This document shows positions 32,001 to 41,620 of a stretch of 64,000 nucleotides of DNA, in pieces. A program made the translations under genes and the position numbers. Where the stretch lies: NCBI GenBank assembly GCA_034669905.1, contig JAXMOL010000019.1:71158-135157 (forward strand), given 5' to 3'. Under the pieces are notes generated by a model. The model worked only from the letters and a program-made list of their open reading frames with translations. It was not told where the DNA came from and did not search any database. Source of the DNA: Candidatus Hydrogenedentota bacterium (GTDB taxonomy: Bacteria; Hydrogenedentota; Hydrogenedentia; Hydrogenedentales; JAEUWI01). Positions within the stretch are counted from its first letter, which is position 1; every line of letters begins with the position of its first letter.

Positions 32001-33343
32001 TGGCAGAGTTGGAGAAACAGAAATTACAGGCAAACGAATCCCAGTCCTCCCTGGCTGAAGAGCTTGCCCTCTTGAAAGAAGAAGAGCGACAGCAGCTTGC
32101 CAATCTGGAAAAGGCGCGGGCCGATGTGGACAACCTCCGCCAGACCCTGGATAAGCAAGACGACACGCTGGCACGCACCGAGTTCATGCTCAACCGGGCC
32201 AAAGACGGCACCCGAAAGAGTGCCATGCTGCCTGTGCTGGTCATGTTCGGGGTCGTACTCGCGGGCGTGGGTGGCATTGCGGCGTACCGCCAGTTCTCCG
32301 CGGAAGCGCCACCGCTAGAGGCCCCCGTTCAGACCCTGACCCTGCAATTTCCCGAGGACCGCCCCCTGGGCACCCTGCTGGCCACCCCGGTAAAGGAGCT
32401 GGCACGGGCTCAATGGCAGCCCTTCCAGGAAGCGGCGCAAGGCCCCGTGACCAGTACGACGGCGACGGCGTTGCACCTGGAATTGAATGCCGAGGCAACG
32501 GCTGATCTCGCGCCCCTGCGACGCCTCGACCCCCGCGCGATTCGCTCCCTCTCCCTCCCCAATATGCCGGAAGGGGACGAAAACCTGGACCATCTCAAAC
32601 ACCTCACCGGCCTGACTACCCTGGTGACGAAGTTCAGCATCACCGAAAAAGAGCGGGCGGCATTGGCCGAACGGCTCCCCGCCAAATGTCCCATCGTGGA
32701 CAAGGCCGAAGCGGCACCGACCATTTCGCTGGCGGAACTCAATGCGGCACCACCGGCCCGCAATCTTGATTTCCCGACGTCCCTATCGCTCGGCAAGGTC
32801 TTCGTTCGCCCGTGGCGCGCAGACGACCCCGCCCCCTGGCAGTCCCATCGGGATGCCCGTGGAACGGTAGCCATTCCGGAAGGCATGGAAGCCAAACTGG
32901 AAGTGGGCTACGACGTCGGAACCAATCTCAGCGGCCTTTCCAAGCTGGACCGAAATGGTCTGCAGGCCATCGGCCTTATCGGAGAAAAAGTGACCGACGA
33001 GAGCATGATCTACGTCGGACTTCTGACGGGGCTGCGCCATGTAACCCTGAAGCGCACCAATGTTACTGACGAGGGATTCCGGGAACTACGGGAGCTTTCC
33101 CTGCTGCTGAGTCTCGAAGTCTTCTCGCCGAAAGAATTGACAGACGAAGGACTGGAGTATCTCCAGGGGCACATTTATCTGATGGACTGCTCGCTGACCG
33201 GCACCCACCTGAGCAACCGTAGCGTCCGCACACTGGAGAAATTCACCCGGCTCCGTACGCTGCACCTCAAGGACGCCGGCGTCACGGAGGAAGGTATCAT
33301 CTCGCTGGAGGGCGCGCTGCCCAACTGCAAGGTCACGTCGTAA
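29060..33343 (+). CDS. Giant membrane-anchored coiled-coil protein with N-terminal TPR-like helices and C-terminal leucine-rich repeats
   Basis: ATG after GGAG; 77-aa repeats; single TM MLPVLVMFGVVLAGVGGIAAY; LRRs (LRHVTLKRTNVTDEG, LPNCKV). Confidence 0.8.
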   Translation: MQFTTLEKKLAESNAHFRERKHEESLKIARELHDIFPSNAVLCYARARNLAALNQVNDAQSLCADALASSRELQERMASLGTLLDPDQHQRLQAATREQQEQFGSLHSTLENRLAETLDKVDLQKTVAALQSQLSQLQTEAGSVSESELALRAELDTLRNAEEQKSVALQRSQDELENLRLRLDERESAIRQVVEDAEEKDNRMAELQDQLNTLNAEAQAAANSEQELLQEVERLRSEEAAKATALQDARGAMSSLQEKLVEREAAVAEAERISAEREAAISQLQQDMAAIEQNASSAADSEKALHAELEQLRENERKKSEALEMARNELVDLQGNLKERESAVAAAEARTKESETAMAALQQEMDAIQSQAAAASSSEQALQVELEQLRVNEREKTEALENARGELSELRSTLDEREAAISEAEKRSQESEAAIAALNQELSAIQEQAVQASSSEAALQEELSQLRDNERAKSEALENARGELAQLKDALTDREHAIVEAEARSKEKEAAIAALHNELQSIQDKAEAASSSEKALAEELAQLRRKEEEKAQSLEKTRGDLEKLQSDLAEREAKIQEATAKSSMSEEALNALREELVGLHSQVHEHAESERVLAQEVDQLRTDSSTKSDSLEGARGELEALRSQLNERENAVDEARQSSAEHAAQVAAMQEELAKLQAQAESASDSESKISEELESLRASEAEKSKTLEDARAELEALKGQLGDREDAVEQARKNSEEQELLLNRMQEELTALQEQAQSASSSEASLSAELESLRSSESDKTQALEDARKELEALKGDLAAREQAAADAKATNAEQEALVQAMQQELLGLRDQAANASSSEAALAGELEQLRSNESKKSQALDEAKQELEALRKALEDREQQIQHAAESDEMSEAQMSQLQEELQALQRKAEDAASSEKELESELIQLRNNEQEKNAALNESRAALEALQESLASQQQAAQQAIEEKQRNEEAVQRLQVELAELEKQKLQANESQSSLAEELALLKEEERQQLANLEKARADVDNLRQTLDKQDDTLARTEFMLNRAKDGTRKSAMLPVLVMFGVVLAGVGGIAAYRQFSAEAPPLEAPVQTLTLQFPEDRPLGTLLATPVKELARAQWQPFQEAAQGPVTSTTATALHLELNAEATADLAPLRRLDPRAIRSLSLPNMPEGDENLDHLKHLTGLTTLVTKFSITEKERAALAERLPAKCPIVDKAEAAPTISLAELNAAPPARNLDFPTSLSLGKVFVRPWRADDPAPWQSHRDARGTVAIPEGMEAKLEVGYDVGTNLSGLSKLDRNGLQAIGLIGEKVTDESMIYVGLLTGLRHVTLKRTNVTDEGFRELRELSLLLSLEVFSPKELTDEGLEYLQGHIYLMDCSLTGTHLSNRSVRTLEKFTRLRTLHLKDAGVTEEGIISLEGALPNCKVTS
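29480..32200 (+). repeat. About 12 tandem 231-nt (77-aa) intragenic repeats
   Basis: Equivalent SE codons 231 nt apart (29498/29729; 30182/30413). Confidence 0.85.
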
Positions 33344-33367
33344 GCCTCAAGCGGTCGCGGAGCCGGC

Positions 33368-34186
33368 TCAGGGGCGTGCCAGGGCGTCCTGAATGGCATC
33401 GAAGACGGCACGCGGTGTCTGGACGGAGCCCAGTAGCGCCTTGCCCTTCACGGTTCCGTGGCAATCGCTGCCCCCGCTGATGAGGAGCCCCCGCGCCTGG
33501 GCGAGGCTCCGGAATTCTTCTACCCGCCCCGGATTGTGGCTGACGTGGTAGGCTTCAATTCCATCGAACGGCAGGGCCAATAGTTCCGGCAACAGTTTCC
33601 GGACGTTTTTCCCCAGCCCCGGATGCGCCACGAAGGCGAGACCGCCCGCGGCATGGACAAGGTCTATGGCTTCATCGATCGGCAGGTTACGCTTCGGGAC
33701 GTAGGCCGCCTTTCCCGCGTTGAGGTAGCGGTCAAAGGCCTCCTGCGGCTTTTTCACGTAGCCCGCCTCCGTCATGGCGCACGCGATATGCATGCGGCCC
33801 AGGGCTCCCCCCTCCACATCGACCAGGCGCTCCGTCAGGGGCATGCCGAGTGCGCTCAATTGCGTGAGAATCGTGGTGCCCCGCTCCTGACGCTGTTGAC
33901 ACAGGGAATCGAGGGCCCCGAGCAGCCCCTCATGATGGATATCGATGCCCAGGCCGAGGACGTGGATCTCACGCCCCTTGTAATACGTGCTGATTTCCGT
34001 CCCCGTGAGAAAGTCCAGTCCCCCACGCTGCGCTGCCGCCTGCGCCGCCGCCACGCCCGACACCGTGTCGTGGTCGGTCAGGGCGATGGCCGTCGCCCCG
34101 ACACGGAGCGCCCGTGCCACCACCTGCTCCGGCACATCGGACCCATCAGATTGATTGCTATGGAGATGGAGGTCAACGAAAGCCAA
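33368..34186 (-). CDS. PHP-domain metal-dependent phosphoesterase (TrpH/YciV-like)
   Basis: DLHLHS..SDG, ALTDHD, GRMH, AHPG, GGSDCHG. Confidence 0.92.
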   Translation of the reverse strand: MAFVDLHLHSNQSDGSDVPEQVVARALRVGATAIALTDHDTVSGVAAAQAAAQRGGLDFLTGTEISTYYKGREIHVLGLGIDIHHEGLLGALDSLCQQRQERGTTILTQLSALGMPLTERLVDVEGGALGRMHIACAMTEAGYVKKPQEAFDRYLNAGKAAYVPKRNLPIDEAIDLVHAAGGLAFVAHPGLGKNVRKLLPELLALPFDGIEAYHVSHNPGRVEEFRSLAQARGLLISGGSDCHGTVKGKALLGSVQTPRAVFDAIQDALARP

Positions 34187-34195
34187 GACAGGTCC

Positions 34196-34627
34196 TCATG
34201 CGGAGTTTTTCTTGGTCTTCCGTTTCAGCCGATCCAATACACCATTGATGAATTTGGTGGCGTCATCGGCCCCAAATATTTTCACGACTTCGATGGCCTC
34301 GTTGATAGCAACCGGGTCGGGCACATCGCTGATATGGCGCATTTCAAAGAGGGCAATGCGCAGGGCCGCCCGTTCGATGAAGCCGATGCGATCCGGCGTC
34401 CAGCGGTCGAGCGCCGAGCCAATTTCCTCGTCGAGTTCATCACGGTGATTTGCCACGCCGTGAATGAGCTTCTCCGCATACTGACGGGCCCCCGGGCGGG
34501 CGGGATTGATGGTCCAAAAGCTCTCCAGCTTCTCCTCCACGGTATACTCCGTGAAGTCGAGGCTGAAAAGAAATTGCAGGGCACGTTCACGCCCACGACG
34601 TCGTACTTTGGGATTAACCACGTTCAA
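34196..34627 (-). CDS. nusB: Transcription antitermination factor NusB
   Basis: [30 protein letters not shown]. Confidence 0.95.
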   Translation of the reverse strand: MNVVNPKVRRRGRERALQFLFSLDFTEYTVEEKLESFWTINPARPGARQYAEKLIHGVANHRDELDEEIGSALDRWTPDRIGFIERAALRIALFEMRHISDVPDPVAINEAIEVVKIFGADDATKFINGVLDRLKRKTKKNSA

Positions 34628-35087
34628 TCTGCTCCATGAGACTCATCATCTCCAGGGCGGCCATAGCCGCCTCGGCGCCTTTGTTTCCGGCCTTGGTACC
34701 GGCACGCTCAATAGCCTGCTCGATACTGTCGGTGGTCAGCACCCCGAAGAGGATGGGAATGTCTGCCTGGAGCGAAAGCTGCCCGATGCCTTTGGCGGCT
34801 TCACCGGCCACATAGTCGAAATGAGGCGTGCCACCGCGAATCACGCAGCCCAGGGCAATGATGGCGTCATAGCCCCCTTTGTCGATGAGTTTCTTTACCA
34901 CGAGGGGAATTTCAAAGGCACCCGGTGCCCAGACCTGGGTGATGGCGCTGTCTTCAATCCCGTGGCGTACCAGGGTATCGACCGCACCTTCGGCCAGGTT
35001 CTTGGTGATGAACGCATTAAAACGTCCGACAACAAGGGCGACTTTCTTTCCGGAAACCTGAAAGTTCCCTTCGATTATCTGGGGCAT
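34614..35087 (-). CDS. ribH: 6,7-dimethyl-8-ribityllumazine synthase
   Basis: [29 protein letters not shown]. Confidence 0.97.
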   Translation of the reverse strand: MPQIIEGNFQVSGKKVALVVGRFNAFITKNLAEGAVDTLVRHGIEDSAITQVWAPGAFEIPLVVKKLIDKGGYDAIIALGCVIRGGTPHFDYVAGEAAKGIGQLSLQADIPILFGVLTTDSIEQAIERAGTKAGNKGAEAAMAALEMMSLMEQIERG

Positions 35088-35118
35088 ATTGTACTCCTTC
35101 CGCGCGAAGCAGGGTACG

Positions 35119-35364
35119 CTAGGCGTCGGTGGCTTCTTCGCTTTTCTTCAGTTGTTCTTCTATCAAATTCTTTGCTGCGGCCGCGTCATCTTCATGCACA
35201 TACACTTCGCAGTCGGAGCTCACGGGCAACACGCTGTGGGGCAAGTCGGTCTGCAGCTGGGCGGAGATGCCATTCTCTGCCAGAAACGCGATCACGATAT
35301 TGGCTTCTTCGTCCTGACCACAGGCAAAAATGGAAACCAGTCCATGGTGTTCTGCTTCGCTCAT
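35119..35364 (-). CDS. DUF2007-like small protein
   Basis: [30 protein letters not shown] pattern. Confidence 0.7.
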   Translation of the reverse strand: MSEAEHHGLVSIFACGQDEEANIVIAFLAENGISAQLQTDLPHSVLPVSSDCEVYVHEDDAAAAKNLIEEQLKKSEEATDA

Positions 35365-35508
35365 CGTCAAACCCTTTCTAACGGGACCAGGCTGCGCGGG
35401 GCAATTCCCGATCGGTTACGTTTCACGGTTCCACGGGCCATCACGCGACGTACACCCGGTGTTCCGCGCTCCACCTTCATTGTACGGGTATTGACGGGTT
35501 GAAGCGAA

Positions 35509-36702
35509 TCATTTCAGCAGGTGACCCATTTTTTCCCGCTTGGTTTTGAGGTAGCGGGCATTTACCGTGTTGGGAGGAATCTCGATGGGGACCCGGCCCG
35601 TGATCTCCAGGCCATAGCCTTCCAGACCTGCCCGCTTCACCGGGTTGTTGGTCAGGAGTTGCATGCGGCTCACACCGAGGTCATTCAGGATCTGTGCGCC
35701 CAGGCCGTACTCGCGGGGGTCGGGGTCAAAACCCAGATGAACATTGGCCTCCACCGTATCCATCCCCTGATCCTGCAACTGGTAGGCCTTAATCTTGTTA
35801 ACCAGCCCGATGCCCCGGCCTTCCTGGCGCATGTAGACCAACACGCCACAGCCCGCCTCGGCAATCATGGCCATGGCCTGGTGCAGCTGGTCGCCACAGT
35901 CGCATCGAAGGGAATGGAGCACATCACCGGTCAGGCATTCCGAATGAACCCGCACCAGCGGTGCGTCGGCGTTGCGCACGTCGCCCATGACCAGGGCTAG
36001 GTGCTCATTGGTGTCCACGTCGGTTTCATAGACGATGAGCTCAAACTCACCGAGGGCGGTGGGCAGCACCGTCTGGGCAGCACGACGAATGAGTTTTTCT
36101 TCCCGACGACGGTAGGCTATCAATTCCTGAATAGAACAAATTTTCAGGCCGTGCTCTTTGGCAAAGACCGTGAGATCGGGCATCCGGGCCATGGTGCCAT
36201 CGTCGTTCATGATCTCGCAGATGACCGAAGCGGGCTGCAGGCCCGCCAGGCGCATGAGGTCGACGGAGCCTTCCGTCTGGCCCGCACGGACAAGCACGCC
36301 GCCCGCCTTGGCCATCAGGGGAAACATATGGCCCGGTCGAACGATATCGTCCGGCCCGGCCGTGGGATCGGCTGCCACTTGAACACTACGCGCCCGGTCA
36401 GCCGCACTGATTCCGGTGGTCACACCGGTGGCCGCCTCAAAAGAAAGGTGAAACGCCGTATTAAAGGGGGACGTGTTCTGGGGCGTCATGGGCGGCAATT
36501 CAAGCCGGTCTAAGGCCTCTTCGAGCATGGGCATGCAGATGAGACCACGACCGAATCGGGCCATGAAATTGATGGCCTCGGGCGTGACTTTTTCCGCCGC
36601 GATTACGAGATCGCCTTCGTTTTCACGGTCCTCATCGTCGACCAGAATAATCTGTCGACCGGCACGCAATTCGTCAAGTATTTCGGGTATTGGACTCAGC
36701 AC
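35509..36702 (-). CDS. ribBA: Bifunctional DHBP synthase / GTP cyclohydrolase II
   Basis: [45 protein letters not shown]. Confidence 0.97.
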   Translation of the reverse strand: MLSPIPEILDELRAGRQIILVDDEDRENEGDLVIAAEKVTPEAINFMARFGRGLICMPMLEEALDRLELPPMTPQNTSPFNTAFHLSFEAATGVTTGISAADRARSVQVAADPTAGPDDIVRPGHMFPLMAKAGGVLVRAGQTEGSVDLMRLAGLQPASVICEIMNDDGTMARMPDLTVFAKEHGLKICSIQELIAYRRREEKLIRRAAQTVLPTALGEFELIVYETDVDTNEHLALVMGDVRNADAPLVRVHSECLTGDVLHSLRCDCGDQLHQAMAMIAEAGCGVLVYMRQEGRGIGLVNKIKAYQLQDQGMDTVEANVHLGFDPDPREYGLGAQILNDLGVSRMQLLTNNPVKRAGLEGYGLEITGRVPIEIPPNTVNARYLKTKREKMGHLLK

Positions 36703-37338
36703 TTACTTCTCCTCAGCGAAGCCATGTTGCCGGAGAAAATCCAGGCTTAACTTTTCTTCGCTGCTGTTGTGCATGAAATGATAAATGTGTTTGCCAATCA
36801 TGTCGGCTTCCAGATTGACCGGGCTCCCGGGTGCCCGAAGGGGCAACACCGTCTTCTCCAGGGTCGCAGGGATAACCGCCACACTGAATCGGTCTCCTGT
36901 AGGATTAACGACCGTGAGGCTGATTCCGTCAATCGCGACGGAACCTTTTGGAATCAGGTAGCGCGCCACCTCGCTTGGGGCCCGAAAATGCCAGAGCTGA
37001 AACGCACCCTGATCGTCCACCCCGACCACTTCCCCCACGCCATCCACATGGCCTTGTACAAAGTGACCACCGAGGCGCTTGTTGGGCGTCATGGCCCGTT
37101 CCAGGTTGACCGTATCGCCGGGTTGGAGCTGGCCCAGGGTCGTCTTCTCAAAGGTCTCGGGCGACACCTGCGTACGGAAGCTGTTTTTCGTGAAATCCAC
37201 CGCGGTCAGGCAGGCGCCGTTCACGGCGATGCTATCGCCTTCCGCGAGGCCTTCAAGCACCGTCGTCGCTTCTATGACCAGCTCCGGCCCACGGAGGGTC
37301 GAAACCTTGCCTAATTCTTCTATAAGACCTGTAAACAA
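36703..37338 (-). CDS. ribE: Riboflavin synthase alpha chain
   Basis: [36 protein letters not shown]. Confidence 0.96.
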   Translation of the reverse strand: MFTGLIEELGKVSTLRGPELVIEATTVLEGLAEGDSIAVNGACLTAVDFTKNSFRTQVSPETFEKTTLGQLQPGDTVNLERAMTPNKRLGGHFVQGHVDGVGEVVGVDDQGAFQLWHFRAPSEVARYLIPKGSVAIDGISLTVVNPTGDRFSVAVIPATLEKTVLPLRAPGSPVNLEADMIGKHIYHFMHNSSEEKLSLDFLRQHGFAEEK

Positions 37339-37353
37339 ACCACTCTCCTGGAT

Positions 37354-38436
37354 TCAGGGGCGCACATAGGCTTCTATCAAAATATCGGGACCAATGGCGG
37401 TGGCGGTCATACCATCGAGCTGGATCGCTTCATCCACCGTATCAAAGCCCGCGCCTTCCACCGGCGTCAGGGCATCCCGTCCCCCCAAAATCTTGGGCGC
37501 CACAAAAAACATGACCTTATCCACCACGCCTGCCTTGAAAGCCGCCGCGTGGGTCGTACCGCCGCCTTCGATGAGCAGGGAGGTGATTCCCCGGGCACCC
37601 AACTCGTCTATCAGAACGGCGATATCTACGCCCCCTTCGCCCTGGGGCACACGAATGACCGCGTCGGCCGCCGGGTATTCCCGGTCCGTACCGACGGCCA
37701 CCCACGTCTCGGCGCGGCTGTTCAGATTAAACACACGCCGCTGGTCGTCGAGGTATTCCCCGGCGTCCAGGATGATACGGGTCGGGTCTTTCACGAAGCC
37801 GGTTTCCAGGCGACACGTAAGACTGGGGTCGTCGAGCATCACCGTACGACTTCCCACGAGGATCCCATCCAACTCGGCGCGAATCTGATGAACCCGGGTG
37901 CGGGCCGCCTCACTGGTAATCCACTTGGAGTGCCCGGTGTGGGAAGCGATTTTGCCGTCTAAGGTCATGGCACACTTGGCCACCACGAAGGGACGACCGG
38001 TGGTAATATACTTCACAAAAACTTCGTTGAGACGTCGGGCCTCGACTTCGCAACAGCCCACGTCCACCTGGATACCGGCTTCACGCAGTCGGGCAATACT
38101 CTTTCCGGCCGTAAGGGGGTTGGGGTCTTCCATGGCCACGACGACGCGAACGATATCTTCCTGGAGCAGCATGTCCACACAGGGGGGCGTCTTGCCATGG
38201 TGCGCACAGGGCTCGAGCGTCACATACACGGTGAGCCGCTTGCGCTGGGGCGGGGCGATATCCTGGAAGGCGTTCACCTCGGCATGGGGCCCACCGGCGT
38301 ATTCGTGGTAACCCTCCCCCACCACTTCTTGATCGGAAACCACGACACAGCCCACCATGGGGTTGGGCGACGTACGGCCACGTGCCCGGACCGCAAGGTC
38401 CAGTGCAATCTCCATGTAGGTTTTGTCCGACGGCAT
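37354..38436 (-). CDS. ribD: Riboflavin deaminase/reductase RibD
   Basis: PNPMVG, HAE, LEPCAHHGKTPPC, TLDGKIA, LIEGGG; ATG at 38436 (the longer ORF runs through the riboswitch). Confidence 0.96.
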   Translation of the reverse strand: MPSDKTYMEIALDLAVRARGRTSPNPMVGCVVVSDQEVVGEGYHEYAGGPHAEVNAFQDIAPPQRKRLTVYVTLEPCAHHGKTPPCVDMLLQEDIVRVVVAMEDPNPLTAGKSIARLREAGIQVDVGCCEVEARRLNEVFVKYITTGRPFVVAKCAMTLDGKIASHTGHSKWITSEAARTRVHQIRAELDGILVGSRTVMLDDPSLTCRLETGFVKDPTRIILDAGEYLDDQRRVFNLNSRAETWVAVGTDREYPAADAVIRVPQGEGGVDIAVLIDELGARGITSLLIEGGGTTHAAAFKAGVVDKVMFFVAPKILGGRDALTPVEGAGFDTVDEAIQLDGMTATAIGPDILIEAYVRP

Positions 38437-38466
38437 AAAAAAATCCTGCTGGTCACGACCAACAGG
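38437..38466 (-). terminator. Riboswitch expression-platform terminator directly before the ribD ATG
   Basis: CCTGTTGGTC-GT-GACCAGCAGG then ATTTTTTT then ATG. Confidence 0.75.
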
Positions 38467-38587
38467 TTGGGTAAAGTAGGGGTGCAATCCACACACAGAC
38501 ACAGCTCCCGCGATCCGTGTCCGGGCCGTTCGAAGGCACCGCCTACACGAATCCCATGGCACGTGCGTCACGTACGGATTCGTCTCC

Positions 38588-38705
38588 CTGCCTTCTCCCA
38601 TCCGGACTTTAACCGTCGGCCCCGGAATTACACCGGTGTCTGCGCCGAAGCGCTCGCGGGCTTTCACCGCCGGTCAGGAATTGCACCATGCCCTGAAGGT
38701 CAGGT
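38588..38705 (-). promoter_or_regulatory. FMN riboswitch (RFN element)
   Basis: CTTCAGGGCATGGTGCAATTCCTGACCGGCGGTGAAAGCCCGCGAG...CCGGTGTAATTCCGGGGCCGACGGTTAAAGTCCGGATGGGAGAAG upstream of ribD. Confidence 0.97.
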
Positions 38706-38724
38706 ATGTTTCAGTTCTGACTTT

Positions 38725-38754
38725 ATTGTACCAAGCAGTAGGTTACAGGGTCAA
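38725..38754 (-). promoter_or_regulatory. Sigma70-type promoter of the rib operon
   Basis: TTGACC-18 nt-TACAAT with extended -10 TG, just upstream of the FMN aptamer. Confidence 0.65.
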
Positions 38755-38948
38755 TGTGCGGGGAATGCGGCGTCCCCGGCACACCACGTGTGCGCACCTA
38801 CTATCGGGAAACCGTACACGCCTGACCAAGGCCACCCTCTTAGGGAAGCCCGCTGAGTCCAATGGGAAATTTCCGCTCCGCCAGGGCTTAACCATACGGT
38901 GGCAAACAGCGCCAAAACAGCAAGCATTAAGTGAACAAGGGGAACCAT

Positions 38949-39134
38949 GGGTGCCACCCTCAAGCGGGGCGGCTCCGCCGCAGCGCTTGTGGGTGAGACG
39001 ACTTCATGGGAGCGGAGCCCTCTGACAAATCCAGCAGAAGCCCAACATGAATCCCCTTTGGGGAAGTGGTTATTCTGAATCTAATACACCCACAAACTTC
39101 CCCCGCTGCGCTCCTCCGTTTGAGGGTGGCACCC
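38949..39134. repeat. REPIN/MITE-like element with terminal inverted repeats
   Basis: GGGTGCCACCCTCAAGCGG ... CCGTTTGAGGGTGGCACCC (18/19), inner TTGTGGGTG/CACCCACAA; related half copy near 63565-63610. Confidence 0.7.
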
Positions 39135-39260
39135 GGCATCACTCTCGAATCCATACGACTATGCCCTCAAATTATTCGCTATCCCCGGCTGCCCCCACTT
39201 AACCCAACGATTACTGCGAGTACACAACGACATGGAGCAAACCAGCCCCCCAGCCCTATC

Positions 39261-39953
39261 TCAGATCGAAAGATCCAGGCGCCCCAGACCGGATACGCCG
39301 CCGCCTCGTACACGACCTTCTGCCTCACCCGGTTGATACTGGGATATCTCCCGGCGCAATGCGGGTGGCGGATCGAGGGGCGTTGCCGTCGCTTCTGCGC
39401 GGTCGACCGGGGTCTGTCCGCTTTCATCGCCCGCCCCCTGCGCCTCTTCCTGCCGGGCCTCCTGCAACTCCCGACGGGCCTCGCTCTCCAATTGGCCGGC
39501 CTGAGCGGCGACGGCCCGGTCTTGTCCGGAGGGCTCCGCCGGAGCGAGGGCGGCGCGGCGAATCACCTGGGCCTTCTGTATGGTCGCCTCCGGCGTCGCT
39601 GCAGGGCTGACGTCGATATTTACGTGCCCGCCGGTGGCGTATTGGCGACCGTCGGGACCGGTGGTGAATTCATATTGGGGCCCCCCCTGGGCATAGCGCC
39701 CTGCCGCCGCTACGTGGGCCTGCTCGTGCTGGCGGACTTCCTGGTCCCGTTGCTTGAGCTCGGTAACTTCCTTCTTCTCTGCATCCGTAAGCTCTTGCGT
39801 AGCCCCGGCAACACGGCCCTCCGACTCGGCACCGCTACCCCGCCCGTTTCCCGAAGTGCTGGCGGGGCTGGTTCCGGGTGTGCTCTCCCGCGGTGCCGGG
39901 AAGTACCCGGGCTGGGGAAACAACGTATTGGCTATGGCTCCGATTCCGGCCAT
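39261..39953 (-). CDS. SprA-related family protein
   Basis: LKQRDQEVRQHEQAH, GPDGRQYATGGHVNID, AALAPAEPSGQDRAVA. Confidence 0.88.
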   Translation of the reverse strand: MAGIGAIANTLFPQPGYFPAPRESTPGTSPASTSGNGRGSGAESEGRVAGATQELTDAEKKEVTELKQRDQEVRQHEQAHVAAAGRYAQGGPQYEFTTGPDGRQYATGGHVNIDVSPAATPEATIQKAQVIRRAALAPAEPSGQDRAVAAQAGQLESEARRELQEARQEEAQGAGDESGQTPVDRAEATATPLDPPPALRREISQYQPGEAEGRVRGGGVSGLGRLDLSI

Positions 39954-40149
39954 GGCGATTCAATCCTTTGAACGGCTGGCTATCGCACCTCCTGCGCGAT
40001 AGATAGGCTATACTGACACCAGTATACCATAGCCATGTTGAGCATTCCGGTGCCTCCATGCTAGGGTTACCGCATCGTGGGGCCTGTGCACCTTCTGGCA
40101 CATCCCTGTGCAGGTGGAAACACAATGAATTCAGCAGGATAGCAGCGCC

Positions 40150-41583
40150 ATGGACCCCAGGGAAAAACAACTGAACGCGTTACGGGAATCCCTCCGGTAT
40201 TCCCCCGAGAATGTACCGCTCCGGCGCATGGTCGCCGAAAGCCTCCTGGACCTGGAGCGCTTTGACGACGCCGAGAAAGAGGCCAAGGCGGGCCTGCAGT
40301 ATGACGGGGACGATGCCGGGTGTAAGACCATCCTCGCGCAAGTCTGCCTCCACAAACGCAATTACAGCATGGGTCTGGTGCTGGCAGAAGATATCCTGGC
40401 CAAATCGGACGACGATGACACCGTGTGGTTATTGCACGCCCGCCTTCTCCAACGGGCAGGCCAGGCCGAAGAAGCCCAGGCATCCCTCCGACGTGCCATC
40501 GCCTTGAATCCTGCCTTGCGGGAGTCCGAACTCGGGGAGCAACTGGAGTCCGCAGACGAGCCCCCAGCTTCGCCTGCGCCGGGCATGCGGGCGGGAAGCG
40601 CACGGGGCAACGCGGGCCAGCAGTTGGTGGAAGACGCCTTCGCCTCCTATCCCCTGGAACTACCTCCCCATTCGGACCGCCCCCCGGTGGCCGGTCGGGA
40701 TCCGGAACTGCCGGGCTTCGTCATGGAAAAGCCCCCCTTCGGTTTCGACGCGGTGGGCGGTATGGCGTCGGTCAAAGACGATGTCCGGATGAAGATCATC
40801 CTGCCGAGTACCAACCAGGAACTCTATGCCATGTATGGCAAGAAAGCGGGTGGCGGCATATTGCTGTACGGCCCCCCCGGGTGCGGCAAGACCCACATCG
40901 CCCGTGCGACCGCTGGAGAGATCGAGGCGAAATTCATCAACATCGGCCTGCACGATATCCTCGACATGTGGGTAGGCAACAGTGAAAAGCAGCTCCACGA
41001 AGTGTTTGAGTATGCTCGGAAAAATGCGCCCTGTGTGCTCTTTTTCGACGAAGTCGATGCCCTCGCCGCCAGTCGCACGGACATGCGGAACAGTGCCAGT
41101 CGCCACACCATCAATCAGTTTCTGGCCGAGCTGGATGGTGTGGACGCCTCCAACGAGGGCATCCTGGTATTGGCCGCGACCAATGCCCCCTGGCACCTGG
41201 ACTCGGCCTTCCGCCGTCCCGGACGTTTTGACGAGGTCATCTTTGTGCCGCCGCCGGACGCCGATGCGCGGGCCAAAATTCTCGAGATTTTTCTGGCCGA
41301 TAAGCCCACCGAATCGGTGGATTACAATAAGATCGCTGCAAAGGCCAAGGAGTTCTCCGGCGCCGACCTTCGGGGTCTGGTAGACCGGGTGATTGAAGAA
41401 AAACTTCGTCAGGCCATGAAGACCGGCAAGCCCGAACCCATTCGGACGAAAGATATCCTGACCAGTCTCAAACGGCAACGGGCCAGCACCCAGGAATGGC
41501 TTTCCACGGCGCGAAACTATGCGGCCTTTGCCAATGAAGGCGGCGTCTACGATGATATCAAGGCCTACCTGAATTTAAAGTAG
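40150..41583 (+). CDS. TPR + single classical AAA ATPase
   Basis: N-terminal TPRs; GPPGCGKT, FFDEVD, AATNAPW, RRPGRFD. Confidence 0.92.
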   Translation: MDPREKQLNALRESLRYSPENVPLRRMVAESLLDLERFDDAEKEAKAGLQYDGDDAGCKTILAQVCLHKRNYSMGLVLAEDILAKSDDDDTVWLLHARLLQRAGQAEEAQASLRRAIALNPALRESELGEQLESADEPPASPAPGMRAGSARGNAGQQLVEDAFASYPLELPPHSDRPPVAGRDPELPGFVMEKPPFGFDAVGGMASVKDDVRMKIILPSTNQELYAMYGKKAGGGILLYGPPGCGKTHIARATAGEIEAKFINIGLHDILDMWVGNSEKQLHEVFEYARKNAPCVLFFDEVDALAASRTDMRNSASRHTINQFLAELDGVDASNEGILVLAATNAPWHLDSAFRRPGRFDEVIFVPPPDADARAKILEIFLADKPTESVDYNKIAAKAKEFSGADLRGLVDRVIEEKLRQAMKTGKPEPIRTKDILTSLKRQRASTQEWLSTARNYAAFANEGGVYDDIKAYLNLK

Positions 41584-41620
41584 TCCACAGTCGAAACTTG
41601 TGGGGCGAAAGGTATAGACA

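Noticed and set aside
29060..33343. SMC or phage tape-measure assignment for the coiled-coil protein
   Set aside because: No Walker motifs or hinge, and no phage genes nearby
38437..38667. Extension of the ribD ORF
   Set aside because: Runs through the FMN riboswitch and its terminator
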